Shown here piece after piece: positions 25,123 through 37,877 of a stretch of DNA of 64,000 bases. The stretch spans positions 99,448,001-99,512,000 of the forward strand of contig NW_026262723.1 of the NCBI RefSeq assembly GCF_021869535.1, read 5' to 3'. Source of the stretch: Mytilus californianus (Eukaryota). The notes below the pieces were generated by a model that worked only from the letters and a program-made list of their open reading frames with translations, was not told where the DNA came from and searched no databases. The first letter of the stretch is position 1, and every line of letters begins with the position of its first letter. The translations under genes and the position numbers were made by a program.

Positions 25123-27119
25123 TTTAGTCTGAGAATTTTTATTAACTCCCATGGTACTTCCATATTCACGCATTTTAATTATTTATTGCACCTGTGACAA
25201 TTGACGATATCAATGCACTTGAGAGTTTTCCAATCTATTGGAAAAAGATTTTTACTGTATATTTCTTGAATGTAAGAGGTATATTGCATAAACATAGAAA
25301 ATCTTACTTACTGTGTAAACTGGATATTATAACTTTATAGAACGAAAATGTTAACTTATTTACTGTAATTTTGTCAATAATTTAGTCTTTGAAAAAGATG
25401 TTTTCGAACTGTGACGACAAACATTTTATCACAGCTGAAATTCAAAACGGGACTCGATTATATTACTGCCGTAAATCGATTTTCCACGACGTCCATGCAT
25501 TGTCATCCTTCATTGTCGTCTCATGTGTTCTTGCTTACATTGTGTACGTTTACGCAGCGTGTAATGGAATGTTGATGAATAAAAAGCAGGAGGGAATTTC
25601 TTTTAGATGAGTCAATAACTTTGAATAAACTTTGTGCAACTTTATTTAAGTAAAAATGTTTTTTTTTTTTTCATTTGGGCATTGTTACAGTACTGTCACT
25701 CAGGGCTGATTTGTTGTTGTTTGTGTAACGTCCAGGTGCAAATATTTAGCATATTCAGGACAAGAAAAATTAACATTCTAATATGAGGTTCATTTTTTCG
25801 CTCCAAAAGAACATGGGGTGCACGTGATTGACGTCATGACTAAAAGGTTGCAACGTTATTTCTAGTTTGAACAGTGTCAGATATCAAGAAAAATCTATGG
25901 ATTTGAAATTGGAGATTTGATGACTTTAAGACAAATCTAAGAACATTTTTTGGCCGATATTATGTGCTTTCTATACAAATGTTCACCTATTGTGAACGAA
26001 TTCATTTAGTAACATTTCAGAATATTTTTTCTAGGATTATTGTCGTAAACTTATATGTGTATTCTACTAACCGATGTATGTATTAACATTTCAATCATTA
26101 ATTGATAAATTCATGGAATAATCCTATTCATTGTTGAAAATAAATGAACTCGTGTTTAAAACAATGGTTAACAGCAGTTTGTTATTTTCCTTAGCTTTGT
26201 GTGTAATCATATCGACTTGATTATCAATATTATAGAAAAGTACTATCATTAAAGTCTATAGGATTATTATTGTACTTATTACATGACATTATAATGAAAC
26301 ATAGATGATAATCAATAACGTCATTTACCTGATACAGGTACATGTAATAACTAATTACTATCAGACGGCTGGTTATATTTACTATATGGATATATCACAT
26401 GGCTTTCAGAGAGGTAATTTTTTCTCTTTATTTTTTTTTTAGCGTATAGTTTGATTTTATGAAATTAATAATAATTTGTAAGATTGATTTTACATCAGGA
26501 ATAAAAATAATCATTTAAATTAAGAATGTAGCAGATTCAACAAGCTTGTAAATGTGGATTTCTCATGAATTTCCACAGCTAGAATAATGTAGGATTTATC
26601 AGACAAATGATGAATTGTAATATATTGTTTCGTTTTGGATACAACAGATCTATATTATCTATCTGTTTTGGTCTGGTAGAGTTCCTTGAAGTATGTATCG
26701 AGTGCACTGGAAATGTACATCATACTGTGGTTCGATCAACCAGTTATCTTCAAAATGATTTTAAATATTACAGTGTGTATGAAAATTTTACAAAATTCTA
26801 TAGAAAAGTGCAAAGCTAGAGATGATCGTCAACTAAAAACTTTTTTTCAATATAAAATCGTAAGTAGTATGAATAAAATGAATGAATTAATGAATAAATA
26901 AATAAAATAGAGAGGTGAACATTTTATTACAACGAATTAATCTTGGTTTTAAACATTAGCATTTACACAAGAAAGAAAAGAAATTGTTATGTCATGTGTG
27001 CTTTCCCAGAAACATACTAGTACTTTATGGGTGGCGTTTTCATTTGTGTATTCTTTAATATTTAAGCCATTATTATCTATTCTTCTCTTTACTAGCAATA
27101 AACCCCATTCAGTATAAAA

Positions 27120-27315
27120 ATGAGGAGCTGGGTATGGTTGCCCATGAGACAACTATCCACCAGAGTTAAAATGAAATAATAGTAAGCAGCTACAGGCCAC
27201 TGTACGGCCTTCAACAATGAGAAAACCCATACCGTATAGTCAGCTATAAAAGGCCCCGACATGAAAATGTGAAACAGTTCAATTGAGAAAACTAACGGCT
27301 AATTTATAACAAAAA
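27120..27315 (-). repeat. R1 fragment
   Basis: tacggccttcaacaatgagaaaacccataccgtatagtcagctataaaaggcccc. Confidence 0.8.
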
Positions 27316-29626
27316 ATTACATTTAATAGATGAGATAACTAAGAATGTCTTACAGAAAAAATAATGCAATGTTTAAATTATTAGATGGATGTTAGAACAG
27401 TTTGATTCACGCAGGTACAAAACATTATGTAAATCGAATTCAGAATAAATCTTTATTGTAGAGCGACATCAAAGATTTCAACAACTAACGTCTTTTTCTT
27501 TTTTTCTCTTACTACTGTATCAACATCCAATAAATGAAGACATATCTTATCTTGTCATGGTAATTCCAACAAATATCTGCAAATTTATAACTTAATGTTA
27601 ACTAAGTGTAAACGCGACTAATATACAGAAAATACTTGCTTGACATTCAGTCTCTGAAGACTAGTTATTACCAAGTTTATTTTTTCATCTCAGGTCGAAT
27701 GCTTGTGAAAACGTTTTTCAACTTTACCATGAGTTATGTAGAAAAATTATTCATATGCTTAATAATGATATATTATGGAATATTGAACCCCTAATTCCAT
27801 CAGGGACCAGTTATATATAGAGATAATTGATCACGACATATTAGTTCTGTTATAGTATGTTTGAATAATGTTTAATTTTTGATCTGAGATAATAAAGGGG
27901 ACTGGCATATTAATTATGCAGGTTTGCTATGCTTTCTGTTGTAGTTAGCCTGAAAAGGGCTAACATCCAGTTTAAGGGGTGTAAACTTCCAAAAACATTT
28001 AAAAAGAATAGCCAAAACCATTCAAAATTAAAATAAGGAAAAGTGGCATGTTTGATAATCACTACGAAGTCAACTCTGCCTTTGGAAATTACAAAACTTA
28101 GTTCTATTCAATTTCAAATTCATAAAATTAGAAATGTAGGGTACCATCACGTGATTGACGGTTTTTTGCTATTACAAGAAAATTGTTGAACCTTTGCTTT
28201 CATAACTATGTGGGGAAAAACCTTGCCTAAACAGTCAAAATGTTAAGTAATGAAAATACCAAAAGAAAGACTGTTTACATATATAGCAATCCTCACATGC
28301 AGTACGATTGTTTTGGAGACAACTTGAACGGTTACGAATTCAACAGTTAAAAGGGATAATTATTAGAAATGTTCAACTTTTTTCAACAAAAGAATCCGAA
28401 AATAAACTTATCGGTAGATTTTTTTCTGTTTCAAAAAATTCGACAAGTTTGTTTATATACTCAATGTCATCTCTTGTTTTTGAGTTGGGTACTCCTTACG
28501 CCTTTCGCGACATATGGCCATTGTCAAGCTCTTCATGTCTTTCTCAAATAGCGTTTCTTCTATATTAAGCAATTTACAACGGACTAGTTTCATAGGTAAG
28601 CCGTAATGTCGGCCGACGCTTTTCTCTCTACTGCCAGACGGATAACTTGACTCTATACTTTTCGAGAATCAAACTCATTTGGCATGGCTGTTGAATGTTG
28701 ATAAGTTTTGATCCATCGCACTCTATTAGAAATTGTTGCCCCCGATTTGTTACTGACAATCGAAATACCGCGTTTGTGCGTTCTATTAACTATTCAGTTT
28801 TATTTAGGAAACAGAATACTATTCAATCTTCAATATTCCCAGTTAAGAAGGTAATCAGGTCATGTTTGGGGATTTTTGTCAGAAGTTCGGACTCCTTGGG
28901 TTTTTTCCTATGAAGCAGAGTAAAATATTTATCCCAATATCACCCAGTTTTCTTTTCATAGAAGACTTCAATAGCTCATAAAAGGGTCATTACCAAAATT
29001 TAAGCAGATTCTAGATTTTTTTTCTTACGATTTGAGACCCAAATAATGATAATGCTAACTATAAGGAAAAGTCGGAGTCAGCCTTTTCCCGCCATTTTAA
29101 AAAATTAAAATGTCTCACTGAAAAGGAGTTCCATAATCTCTCAATATTTTAGCTTATTTTGTTCTTTAACTAATGCTCTTCTGACTTATAGTATCAATTT
29201 TAAATTCTAGATTTTTTTTATTTCACCTAACTTCATCCTTAAGTTATGTGTATGTCTTTAAAAGGTTTACGGGATTTTTCATTATCACCTATCACCTCGT
29301 GTATATATTTTTTTTTTAAATTCAATTTGAAAAATATATAATTCAAAATTATAATTATATTCAAAATGAAAACCTTTCGACATATTTATTATGAATTATC
29401 TTTATCTTTACCTGTATACCGGTATTAACTGTAAAATGAATGCGCGCGAATGTTATAAAATATTGCGCGTAATCGTAAAAAAAATATCCCCAAATGCACG
29501 TAAATTCAAGGCGCCCATTCAACTAAATTTCCTTTCAAATTCTCATTTGCCGTCACGAACCTTTACCAAGACAAACACACGAATAATCGTCGTTCAAATA
29601 TAATTGCGTTTTACTTTTAGGATAAT

Positions 29627-29651
29627 TATATATATATATATATATATATAT
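29627..29651. repeat. (TA)n microsatellite
   Basis: About 12 TA units. Confidence 0.9.
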
Positions 29652-30374
29652 GAACTACTGAACAGCATTGTTTATCAAGTTACTTCCTATATAGCTTGTA
29701 TAATTTATTACCCTAGAAATAGAACTAGCTTATTTCCATCGTCATGGAAAACATGCCATTTATAGGTATTCCTGTGATACAATTGATTTAAGTGAGGGAC
29801 AAATTTATCTGAATAAGATGTTAAACACTCACAGAGCCACGAAGAGCCCCAAAGGTTGCAATTCTTGACGGAGACCATGTTTCAAAGAATATCAAAAATC
29901 AAAAATTAATTCGTACCAGAGAGATTATTGATTTTGATCAGATTTTTAATCATCCAGAAAATTAAGCTTAAAAGGACACTGGAAAATCATCAATGAGAAA
30001 GAAAATATTTTATTAAGGTGTTTGATCTCTCCACTTAAAGCGAAATTACCACCAGATAAGTTTCAATCAAGTTTAAGTTCTCTTACGACTATAAGATGAG
30101 ATCTTAGATCGATTTTTTTTAATTGACATAATATACTGTACAATCTGAATATTTGCAATTGTGGAATTATTTATAGATAATATTCTAGGCATGTGTTCAA
30201 GCACATGGTAAGTACAGTTTTACTTGACAGAAAATGGCGAATGCTGTTAGAAGTGTCTGATTTGTTCTTAGTTCTCCCTGACGACACACTTGTAATGATT
30301 GATCTTAGGTTGGTCCACGTTGACTTGACTGGAGTTACACGTTTGATTGTGTCCTTCTTAAACCTGTATGCTAT

Positions 30375-31255
30375 ATAAAATAAGATGTGGTATGATTGCC
30401 AATGAGACAGCTATCTATTAAAGACCAAATGACAAATATGTCAACAATTACAAGTCATCGTACGGCCTTTTACAATGAGTAAAACAAATACCGTATAGTA
30501 AGGTGTAAAAGGCTATGGGATGACACAATTTTCGAACAATTTAAAACGTGTTCTATGTTGTTTATATATTTTTTTTATTATTAACCTTGGAAGAATTAAC
30601 GATTTTAATGTAGAAAAGGGACGAAAGATACCGGAGGGACAGTCAAACCCACAGATCGAAAACAAACTGACAACGCCATGGCCAAAAATAAAAAGACAAA
30701 CAGACAAATAATAGTACAGATGACACAACATAGAAAACTAAAGACTAAGCAACACGAACCCCACCAAAAACTGGGGGTGATCTCAGGTGCTCCGGAAGGG
30801 TAAGCAGATCCTGCTCCACATGTGGCATCCGTCGTGTTGCTTATGTTATTACAAATCCGGTAAATAGTCTTATTCGGTAGGTCACATTCGTGAAAAGTAG
30901 TTACTACACATATATAGATATAAGAAGATGTGGTATGAGTGCCAATGAGACAACTCTCCATCCAAGTCAAAATTTATAAAAGTAAACCATTATAGGTCAA
31001 AGTACGGTCTTCAACACGGAGCCTTGGCTCACACCGAACAGTAAGCTATAAAGGGCCCCAAAAATTACTAGTGTAAAACCATTCAAACGGGAAAACCAAC
31101 GGTATAATCTATATAAAAAACGAGAAACGAGAAACACTCATGAACCACATCAACAAACGACAACTACTGAACATCAGATTCCTAACTTAGGACAGGTGCA
31201 AACAAATGTAGCGGGTTTAAACGTTTTAATGGTACCAAACCTTCGCCCTTTTTTC
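30375..31255 (-). repeat. Stack of R1 (30375-30540), R2 (30611-30896) and R1-subfamily (30920-31255) copies
   Basis: Two aagatgtggtatga(t/g)tgccaatgagaca starts flank a well-preserved R2 copy that is a near-identical inverse of 62376-62663. Confidence 0.85.
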
Positions 31256-33815
31256 TGAAACAATAGTGTAACTACATGTTAACGCTATGTGCTTCAACAT
31301 TGCATCATGTACGATATGTTTGCCGTTTCTGTAGTTGTTTTGTCCGCGTACTAGTAATTGTTTTGTCAGCTTCAAGGCATTAGGCAAGATCAACATGACA
31401 ACACTTTTTTATTTCAAGGGCAGTTAAAAGAAAGTCTCCTTCTCACAAAAAAAAGCAAAATTTTAGCGGGAACATTTGTTTTAAATCTTTCAAATGTGAG
31501 AAATTTGAAAAGAACGGTAATATTCTTTTCATTAAATATAATAAATTCATAATCAAATATGCGTTATCCGTAAAATATTGTATTCTAGGAAATCCAAAAA
31601 GTATAGTAAAATAAGAGTTAAATTAAACCGTTTTTTTTTTAAATTGTCCACGTAATTTACAGGTTTTAAACCTTTGAAATATACAAACTAGAAGCCTAAA
31701 GGTGCATGTATTACTCACTTAGCCTCTATGCATGTATATATTATATTGTCTTTATATATGAGTACATGTAATTTGTTATTGTACAGTTAAAGGTCAGTCT
31801 GCATCATCCGGTTGTTACAAATTAACATGCTTGGAATGTGAAATGCCCATTTATTTTCTAAAAAAAATATTTTAGCGTACCATAATAAGCCGAGTTTGGT
31901 TCATGTGAAGTTCATGGAAATTTTAATAAGAGGTGAAGCAACGCGGTGATATATAGTGTGCCGTGCAATGCCTTGAACAGTTTATCAAATAAATATAAAT
32001 ATAAAGGTAGTTTTTATGACATTTCGACAAAATCTGACCACTGAATAAGACATGTAGCTAATCTTTAGAATGTTTGCAAGTGTAACTATTATAAATAAAC
32101 AATCTCGTTTAATATGATACCAGCACAACTTTCAAACCATTCTACATTTTTGCTTCGCATTATTACTCTTATAAAACTGGGAACGCGTCAGGGAGGGGAG
32201 AAGAAATAAGATACGGATGGTTTGACAGTATAAGTATTCGAGACCAGGTCAATGAATATGTTATATATATGATCACATATTGTTGGATAAGCGCTGATAG
32301 TCAAAATTGATACATTTATTATTGCGCGTTTCCTAAGCTTTAATCTATATAACACGATTAGTTTTATTCACATTATTTCGTATGTACGATGTATATGGTG
32401 TTAACATCATATTACAGTCATTACGTCTAATATACGAAAAGTATAGTATATTCCCTAGTGCGTTTTACTCAATGCTGGCCGATTTTTAATTATTAGAGTT
32501 AACCATACTTTGTTAAACTATCACATTATACAATTTAGAAAGCATATTGGTCTAAAAAGTCTTGACTTTGAAAAACAGTACTACCAAACAAACCAACACT
32601 CAGGTATTATATACATGTAATCCTCGAAACGTTCTCTCACAGTGTACTTTATGTGATGATGATGTTGAGAGTATCAATTTTCTTGTACCTAACAGAAGTA
32701 ATTTTGTTCATTTGAGAGAGTAAAAGTAACGATATCGTGTGTCTCTTTTCAAGGAGATCCGAATATAACGGCCTCCTTCGTCTAATGAATACTTTTTTAG
32801 TTTAAATATTTCATGTCGGAGTCTTTTCCCTGATCGCATTTTGCTTCATATTACAAATAAAACTCAAACACTCAAACTCAAATAAAATTATCCAAAAATA
32901 GAAATAATAAAAAAAATAAAAAATACACCCGAAAGAACCCCTAAAACTATCGTTTTCTCTATAAATCACAAAATAAACACAAAAACAAAGGCTGTCATTA
33001 ATTTGTCATACCACGAAGCACCCCATACCTCTTTGGGAAGGATATAGCTAAACATTTAAGTTTCAGGCTAATTAATTTCTGAAATACGTATCGTGTGTGT
33101 TGATATTGGTATTATATATTACACTGAATATATCTTATTACTTCTGAGACTGCTTTTGATATGGATAAAATTTATATTTACCTAAAATATGAATTTGAAT
33201 TATGAAAATAGTTTTTTTTAATAAATATAGATCACAAAAAGTAACCGGAGAAAATAGCCGACCAGTACAGTTCACCATATAATAATGTTATTAGTTTCAA
33301 TTTTTTTCTGTTCATGTACTATTTGTTATAGCTCACTGTCGGTCACACATTCGAACCAACCAATAAACCAGGATCTGAGTCATATCAAAAAAGAAAAAAA
33401 AATCGTAAAACCTTCTTTGGAATTCGTGCTATATCTTGAATGTGTTGTCATACTTATCATTTAATGGTTATTCAATACCACTCACATATCCAGCTGTTCA
33501 ATAACAAAAATGACAAAACGAGCATTTCTCTAATTCAAAGCTTCCACAAAGTATCACTATATTCTACACGTATTGTGTCTTCGCTTAAACCCAGACGCAG
33601 GAGTATCTTCACATCAAAACAAATTATAGACTTTTAAAGGGTTTTGAAATAGATGAATCTTAAATTGAATGTAAAACTTCAAAAGAACATTGTATTGGCA
33701 AAAAAAAAAAAAAAAAATCCTAGAAAATTGGAGTTATACCAAGTTCTTATCAAATAACTGTTACATTTTTTTTGGGAAAGATAAAGACTTGAAAAAAAGA
33801 ATTACTTATATATAT

Positions 33816-34062
33816 GAGCTGCGTCGGATAGAAATCGACCTTTTGCAATAGCACGTATACAAGTACATGTATAAAACTTTGATTGATTTTGAAACATTCA
33901 AATACGAAATAAAAGATGAATTAGGTCTGTTTTGTAGGTTTCTAAAATCAACTCAATTTTCAAGCAGTTACAGAATTTGCATAGAGATTGTTCAACCCGA
34001 AAAAGGTTAACAAACGTATTGATATTCATTTGCATAAGGTCGATTTCTATCCGACACAGCTC
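33816..34062. mobile_element. About 250-bp MITE with TIR GAGCTGCGTCGGATAGAAATCGACC
   Basis: The TIRs are visible at both ends. The interior is the reverse complement of the 57151-57398 copy. Confidence 0.9.
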
Positions 34063-34433
34063 AATTATTTGAGTGAAGTGTAAATCAAAGTATAACAATT
34101 AATGATTCATTTGCTTTATAGATGTAAAATCTAAGAATGAACATGCACCGTTTAATATATAAGAAAAGCAAATTAGCAAATTAGAGCTTGGGAAGATTCC
34201 TGCTGAAAATTGTAAATAGTCCTCCAGATTACAAGTTTGGTTATTTTTTGTCGTTTCGGGTTGCTCCTTTATTCATTTTCATTTCAAATGATAAATAATT
34301 AATAACTGATAACAAAAATCCCTGACAAAAATCATCTACAAAGAAAAAAAATATAAAAGCAGTGTCAATAAATCTGATTTGGATTTTTGTTTCAGTTTAT
34401 ACCTTGCACTGGAAATAGGTATTACACCTAAAG

Positions 34434-35624
34434 ATGATGAGCAGAATGCATCTACGAGATAGAGGGAAATTACAAAGGAAGCCGTCAGAAAGACTTGTGG
34501 ACAAAAATTCCCGCACACATATTTCCGCTAAAGGCATTCGAGGTTGGCGAAAACAATATATGTTTGACTTTTTCACCACAATGGTAGATATAAGATGGCG
34601 TTGGAACATACTAATATTCGTTGGCGGATTTGTAGTCACATGGTTGATATTTGCCATTTTTTATTGGATAATAGGATTTTTCAATGGAGATTACGAAGAC
34701 GACAACAGTGATCTTCACAAACCCTGCATTAAGAATTTACGTTCATTTTTATCAGCATATTTATTTTCAATAGAAACACAAAGTACTATTGGATATGGGT
34801 TTTATTATGTTACAGAGGAATGTTTGATGGCCTATACATGTGTTCTTCTGCAATCTATTCTTGGGGCAGCGCTACAAGCTGCATTGGCGGGACTGGTAGT
34901 TGCCAAAGTAAGGCGAGGAAGGAAAGATAATAACACAATTATTTTCAGTAGTAATGCATGCATTTTAGCTGATGGTGCACAATTAAAATTAGTGTTTAGA
35001 GTAGCAGATACTAGAAAAATTCATGCAATTAATGTCAATGTTAAAGGATATTTGTTTCGTAAAATAGTATCAGAAGAAGGAAAAAATATTCCTATCAAAC
35101 AAGAAATTGTGAATTTTAATGTGGAAGGAGGTTGTAATGGTTTATACTTAGCGTGGCCCCAGCAAATTGTTCACATCATAGATGAAAAATCGCCATTTTG
35201 GAATCTTTCTAAAGAAGACTTACAACAAGAAAATTTTGAACTTATTATTGTATTTTTTGGTGAAGTAGCAACTGTTGGGAGACCTTTTGAAACAGATGTA
35301 TCCTTTTTACCATGGGATATAAAATGGGGGTACAAATTTCAGGCTATGGAACATAAAATTGACAACGAAATCGACAGATTTTATGTAGACATTGGAAATT
35401 TTAATAAAGTTTTCCCAGTGCCTACCCCAACATGCAATGCAAAAGAGCTCAAACTTGCAATGTCGAGGAATAGTTTGAACTTGCCAGATTATATACGAGA
35501 AAATATGAAACAACCAAAATCTAGCCCTCTATTTAGTCGACAAAACAGTGTTGCTGATAAATATTTAGACGCCCCCATTTCAGGCTTCAATGAAACTGAT
35601 CAGTTTTCTGCTCTACCACAATAA
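34434..35624 (+). CDS. Divergent inward-rectifier potassium channel (KirC), intronless coding region
   Basis: DFFTTMVDIRWRW, pore FSIETQSTIGYGFYYVTEEC, M2 QSILGAALQAALAGLVVAK, RVADTRK, WP..IVHIIDEKSPFW, FELII, WGYKF. An acceptor (tttttgtttcag) ends at 34395 and an in-frame TAG at 34416-34418 supports this ATG. Confidence 0.95.
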   Translation: MMSRMHLRDRGKLQRKPSERLVDKNSRTHISAKGIRGWRKQYMFDFFTTMVDIRWRWNILIFVGGFVVTWLIFAIFYWIIGFFNGDYEDDNSDLHKPCIKNLRSFLSAYLFSIETQSTIGYGFYYVTEECLMAYTCVLLQSILGAALQAALAGLVVAKVRRGRKDNNTIIFSSNACILADGAQLKLVFRVADTRKIHAINVNVKGYLFRKIVSEEGKNIPIKQEIVNFNVEGGCNGLYLAWPQQIVHIIDEKSPFWNLSKEDLQQENFELIIVFFGEVATVGRPFETDVSFLPWDIKWGYKFQAMEHKIDNEIDRFYVDIGNFNKVFPVPTPTCNAKELKLAMSRNSLNLPDYIRENMKQPKSSPLFSRQNSVADKYLDAPISGFNETDQFSALPQ

Positions 35625-36187
35625 GTTTCAGTAGATAAACTTACAAACTGACATAATCTTTACACTTCGATATTTATAAATGTAAATACATTTTTCATTC
35701 TTTCATTCAGTCTTATGTTTTATATTCGTTTTAGGCATATCTTTCTCTCCTTGACATGAATTTATTACGTTTTTGAATTTTTATATGCATAACATACATA
35801 TATGAAAATAAAGTTGAGAAAAGGTATTTCTTGTTTTTTCATTACATAAAAAATTAAGTTCTAACAGGTTTTATTGGGTTCTTTGTTTGTCAATATCTTA
35901 TATAAGTCAATTGACAGTTTCTTTTTAATCTTGTTCATTCCCAGGGAAGAGTGTTTTCCTGTAACTGGCTCTTTATAGTTAGAGTGTGGTTTGTACCTGT
36001 GTTTCGTATGGCCGAGTAACGTTCATGAAACAAAACGAATTCAAAAAGAAATTTACGGTAATGAAAAATTGTTTCGATAAAGTTGTTTTAAAGGCATTCG
36101 GCAAGTCACAAAGACTCCATGGATTGATTGATTGTTGTTTGCTTAACGCCCAATGGCTACTATGATTATTTCATGGATATTCGGGAC

Positions 36188-36892
36188 GGCGGAGGATATA
36201 TTTTAGCGAAAACAATCTAGCGCCAAAGTATAGCCCATTTTAGCCCCAGATTTTTTATCCATTCAGTGATAAATTAAATTGTCAATGCCTGTTTTTTTGC
36301 GACACAAATTCATTCATAGCAGAATAATAAATTTTAATAGTATCAAGACAGCACAACATACAAGATGTCATGTCCATAAATATATAATTCTAAACTCAAA
36401 TGTTTAATTTTAAATTTTTGTCCAAGTGAATGTACGAAATGGTCTCTTGATATACTCCCTGTACAGTACTGTCCATAAAATTGTGATAGGACTGTTCCTT
36501 CTCTTTAACATGTCTATATTAGATTGCAGATTCATCGATACTTCATAATTTAATGTATGTTGTTGTTTGTAATTTGATGATAGTGTTCACAAAACGTAAA
36601 TCGCCAGGTGACGTTAGCCACATTTTGCATTTTTTATTTCCTCTGCTTGTTTCAACAACATTTATTTCCATGATTTACTAAATTGTAAATGCAAACAACT
36701 TAAATTTAATGCCACCATAAATTACTGTTCACGGTTTTAGTATGGTGAGTTCTATTCAACCGGGTAAGTTTTCGCAAAAATGGGCTTTCGAAAAAAAGTG
36801 AACGGATTAGTCTTGCTCTAAAATGGGCTATACTGCCTGCGCTAAAATATCCCCTAATTGCTTTAAAATTTTCGCTAAAATGTCCTGCGCCC
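36188..36892. mobile_element. About 700-bp TIR element with an imperfect 9-bp TSD
   Basis: The ends share ggcg(g/c)agga..ttttagcgaaaa and agtatagcccattttag in inverted orientation. Flanks are attcgggac (36179-36187) and attcaagac (36893-36901). Confidence 0.6.
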
Positions 36893-37734
36893 ATTCAAGA
36901 CGAGGGCAAATCAATAATTAATACTCGGATGAAGGGCGGGAAATTTGGACTGACACTTTAAAATAAGAGAAGGATGGATAGAAGCATGAATTTCGCATTG
37001 CAACAGGTTATCTTCATACTTTTAAGAGAGTTATTGTTATGGTGTAGAGGCCGTGGCATGGCAGCCTTCACGAGTCATCATACATAAAGTCCCGATTCCG
37101 ACAAAACGTTGCAGCGTATTTATACATCCATGCACAAAGCCAAACAAACGTCCTAAAGTTAAGTGATAACTCATATTTGTATATTTATTTAAACCTTCGA
37201 GTGATGTTCTATTGACCATCAGTACATACTCTCCAATTAATTCTATAACAAATATCCATGCTATGTAAACGGTGTCCTCTATGAAATGTGCCTTCGCGTT
37301 CTTGGGTACTGTTTGGTATGTCAATTTTGTTTTCTATATTGATTATTCACTTTTTAATAACATGATGTACATGTATTAGAGAATGAATTTTGCATACATT
37401 AATTGCATATTTGCATAAACATGATAATATAATTGAAAAGTATTCGGGTATATTGTCTACACATTCAATGGCGTTCCAAGATTTTTGACTATTTAGTAAA
37501 AACATTTGTTACAAATGCCAATAATGAATTAAACCCCACTTCAAAATCATCTATCTTTGATATCGAGCAAGCATGGTCTCAAATATTGCTGTATACTTTT
37601 ACATGTAATGAATATACAGTCAATCTATGCCGCAAGTGTGCTGTTTCGCGTTCATTTCAGTGCAGTGTATTATGACTTCTTGTACCGTAAAGCGATAGGA
37701 TTGTACTGTGATTTCATGTTCAACAAATACATAT

Positions 37735-37877
37735 AGAATAATACATGGCAAAATCCGTATCGCATGCTGTATCACCACGAGAAACCAATATCAGTCCCGA
37801 GGGCCGAAGGTCCCGAGGGCTGATATTGGTCGAGTGGTGATACAGCATGCGATACGGATTTTGTCATGTATTATTCT
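37735..37877. repeat. 143-nt near-perfect palindrome (hairpin/cruciform)
   Basis: 44-bp arm with one mismatch, an internal loop, an 11-bp perfect stem and a short imperfect stem capped by C-GAA-G. Confidence 0.95.

Noticed and set aside
27971-29241. TTAA-flanked Kolobok-like element
   Set aside because: ttaagg and ccttaa ends are present, but the terminal sequences do not form a convincing inverted repeat.
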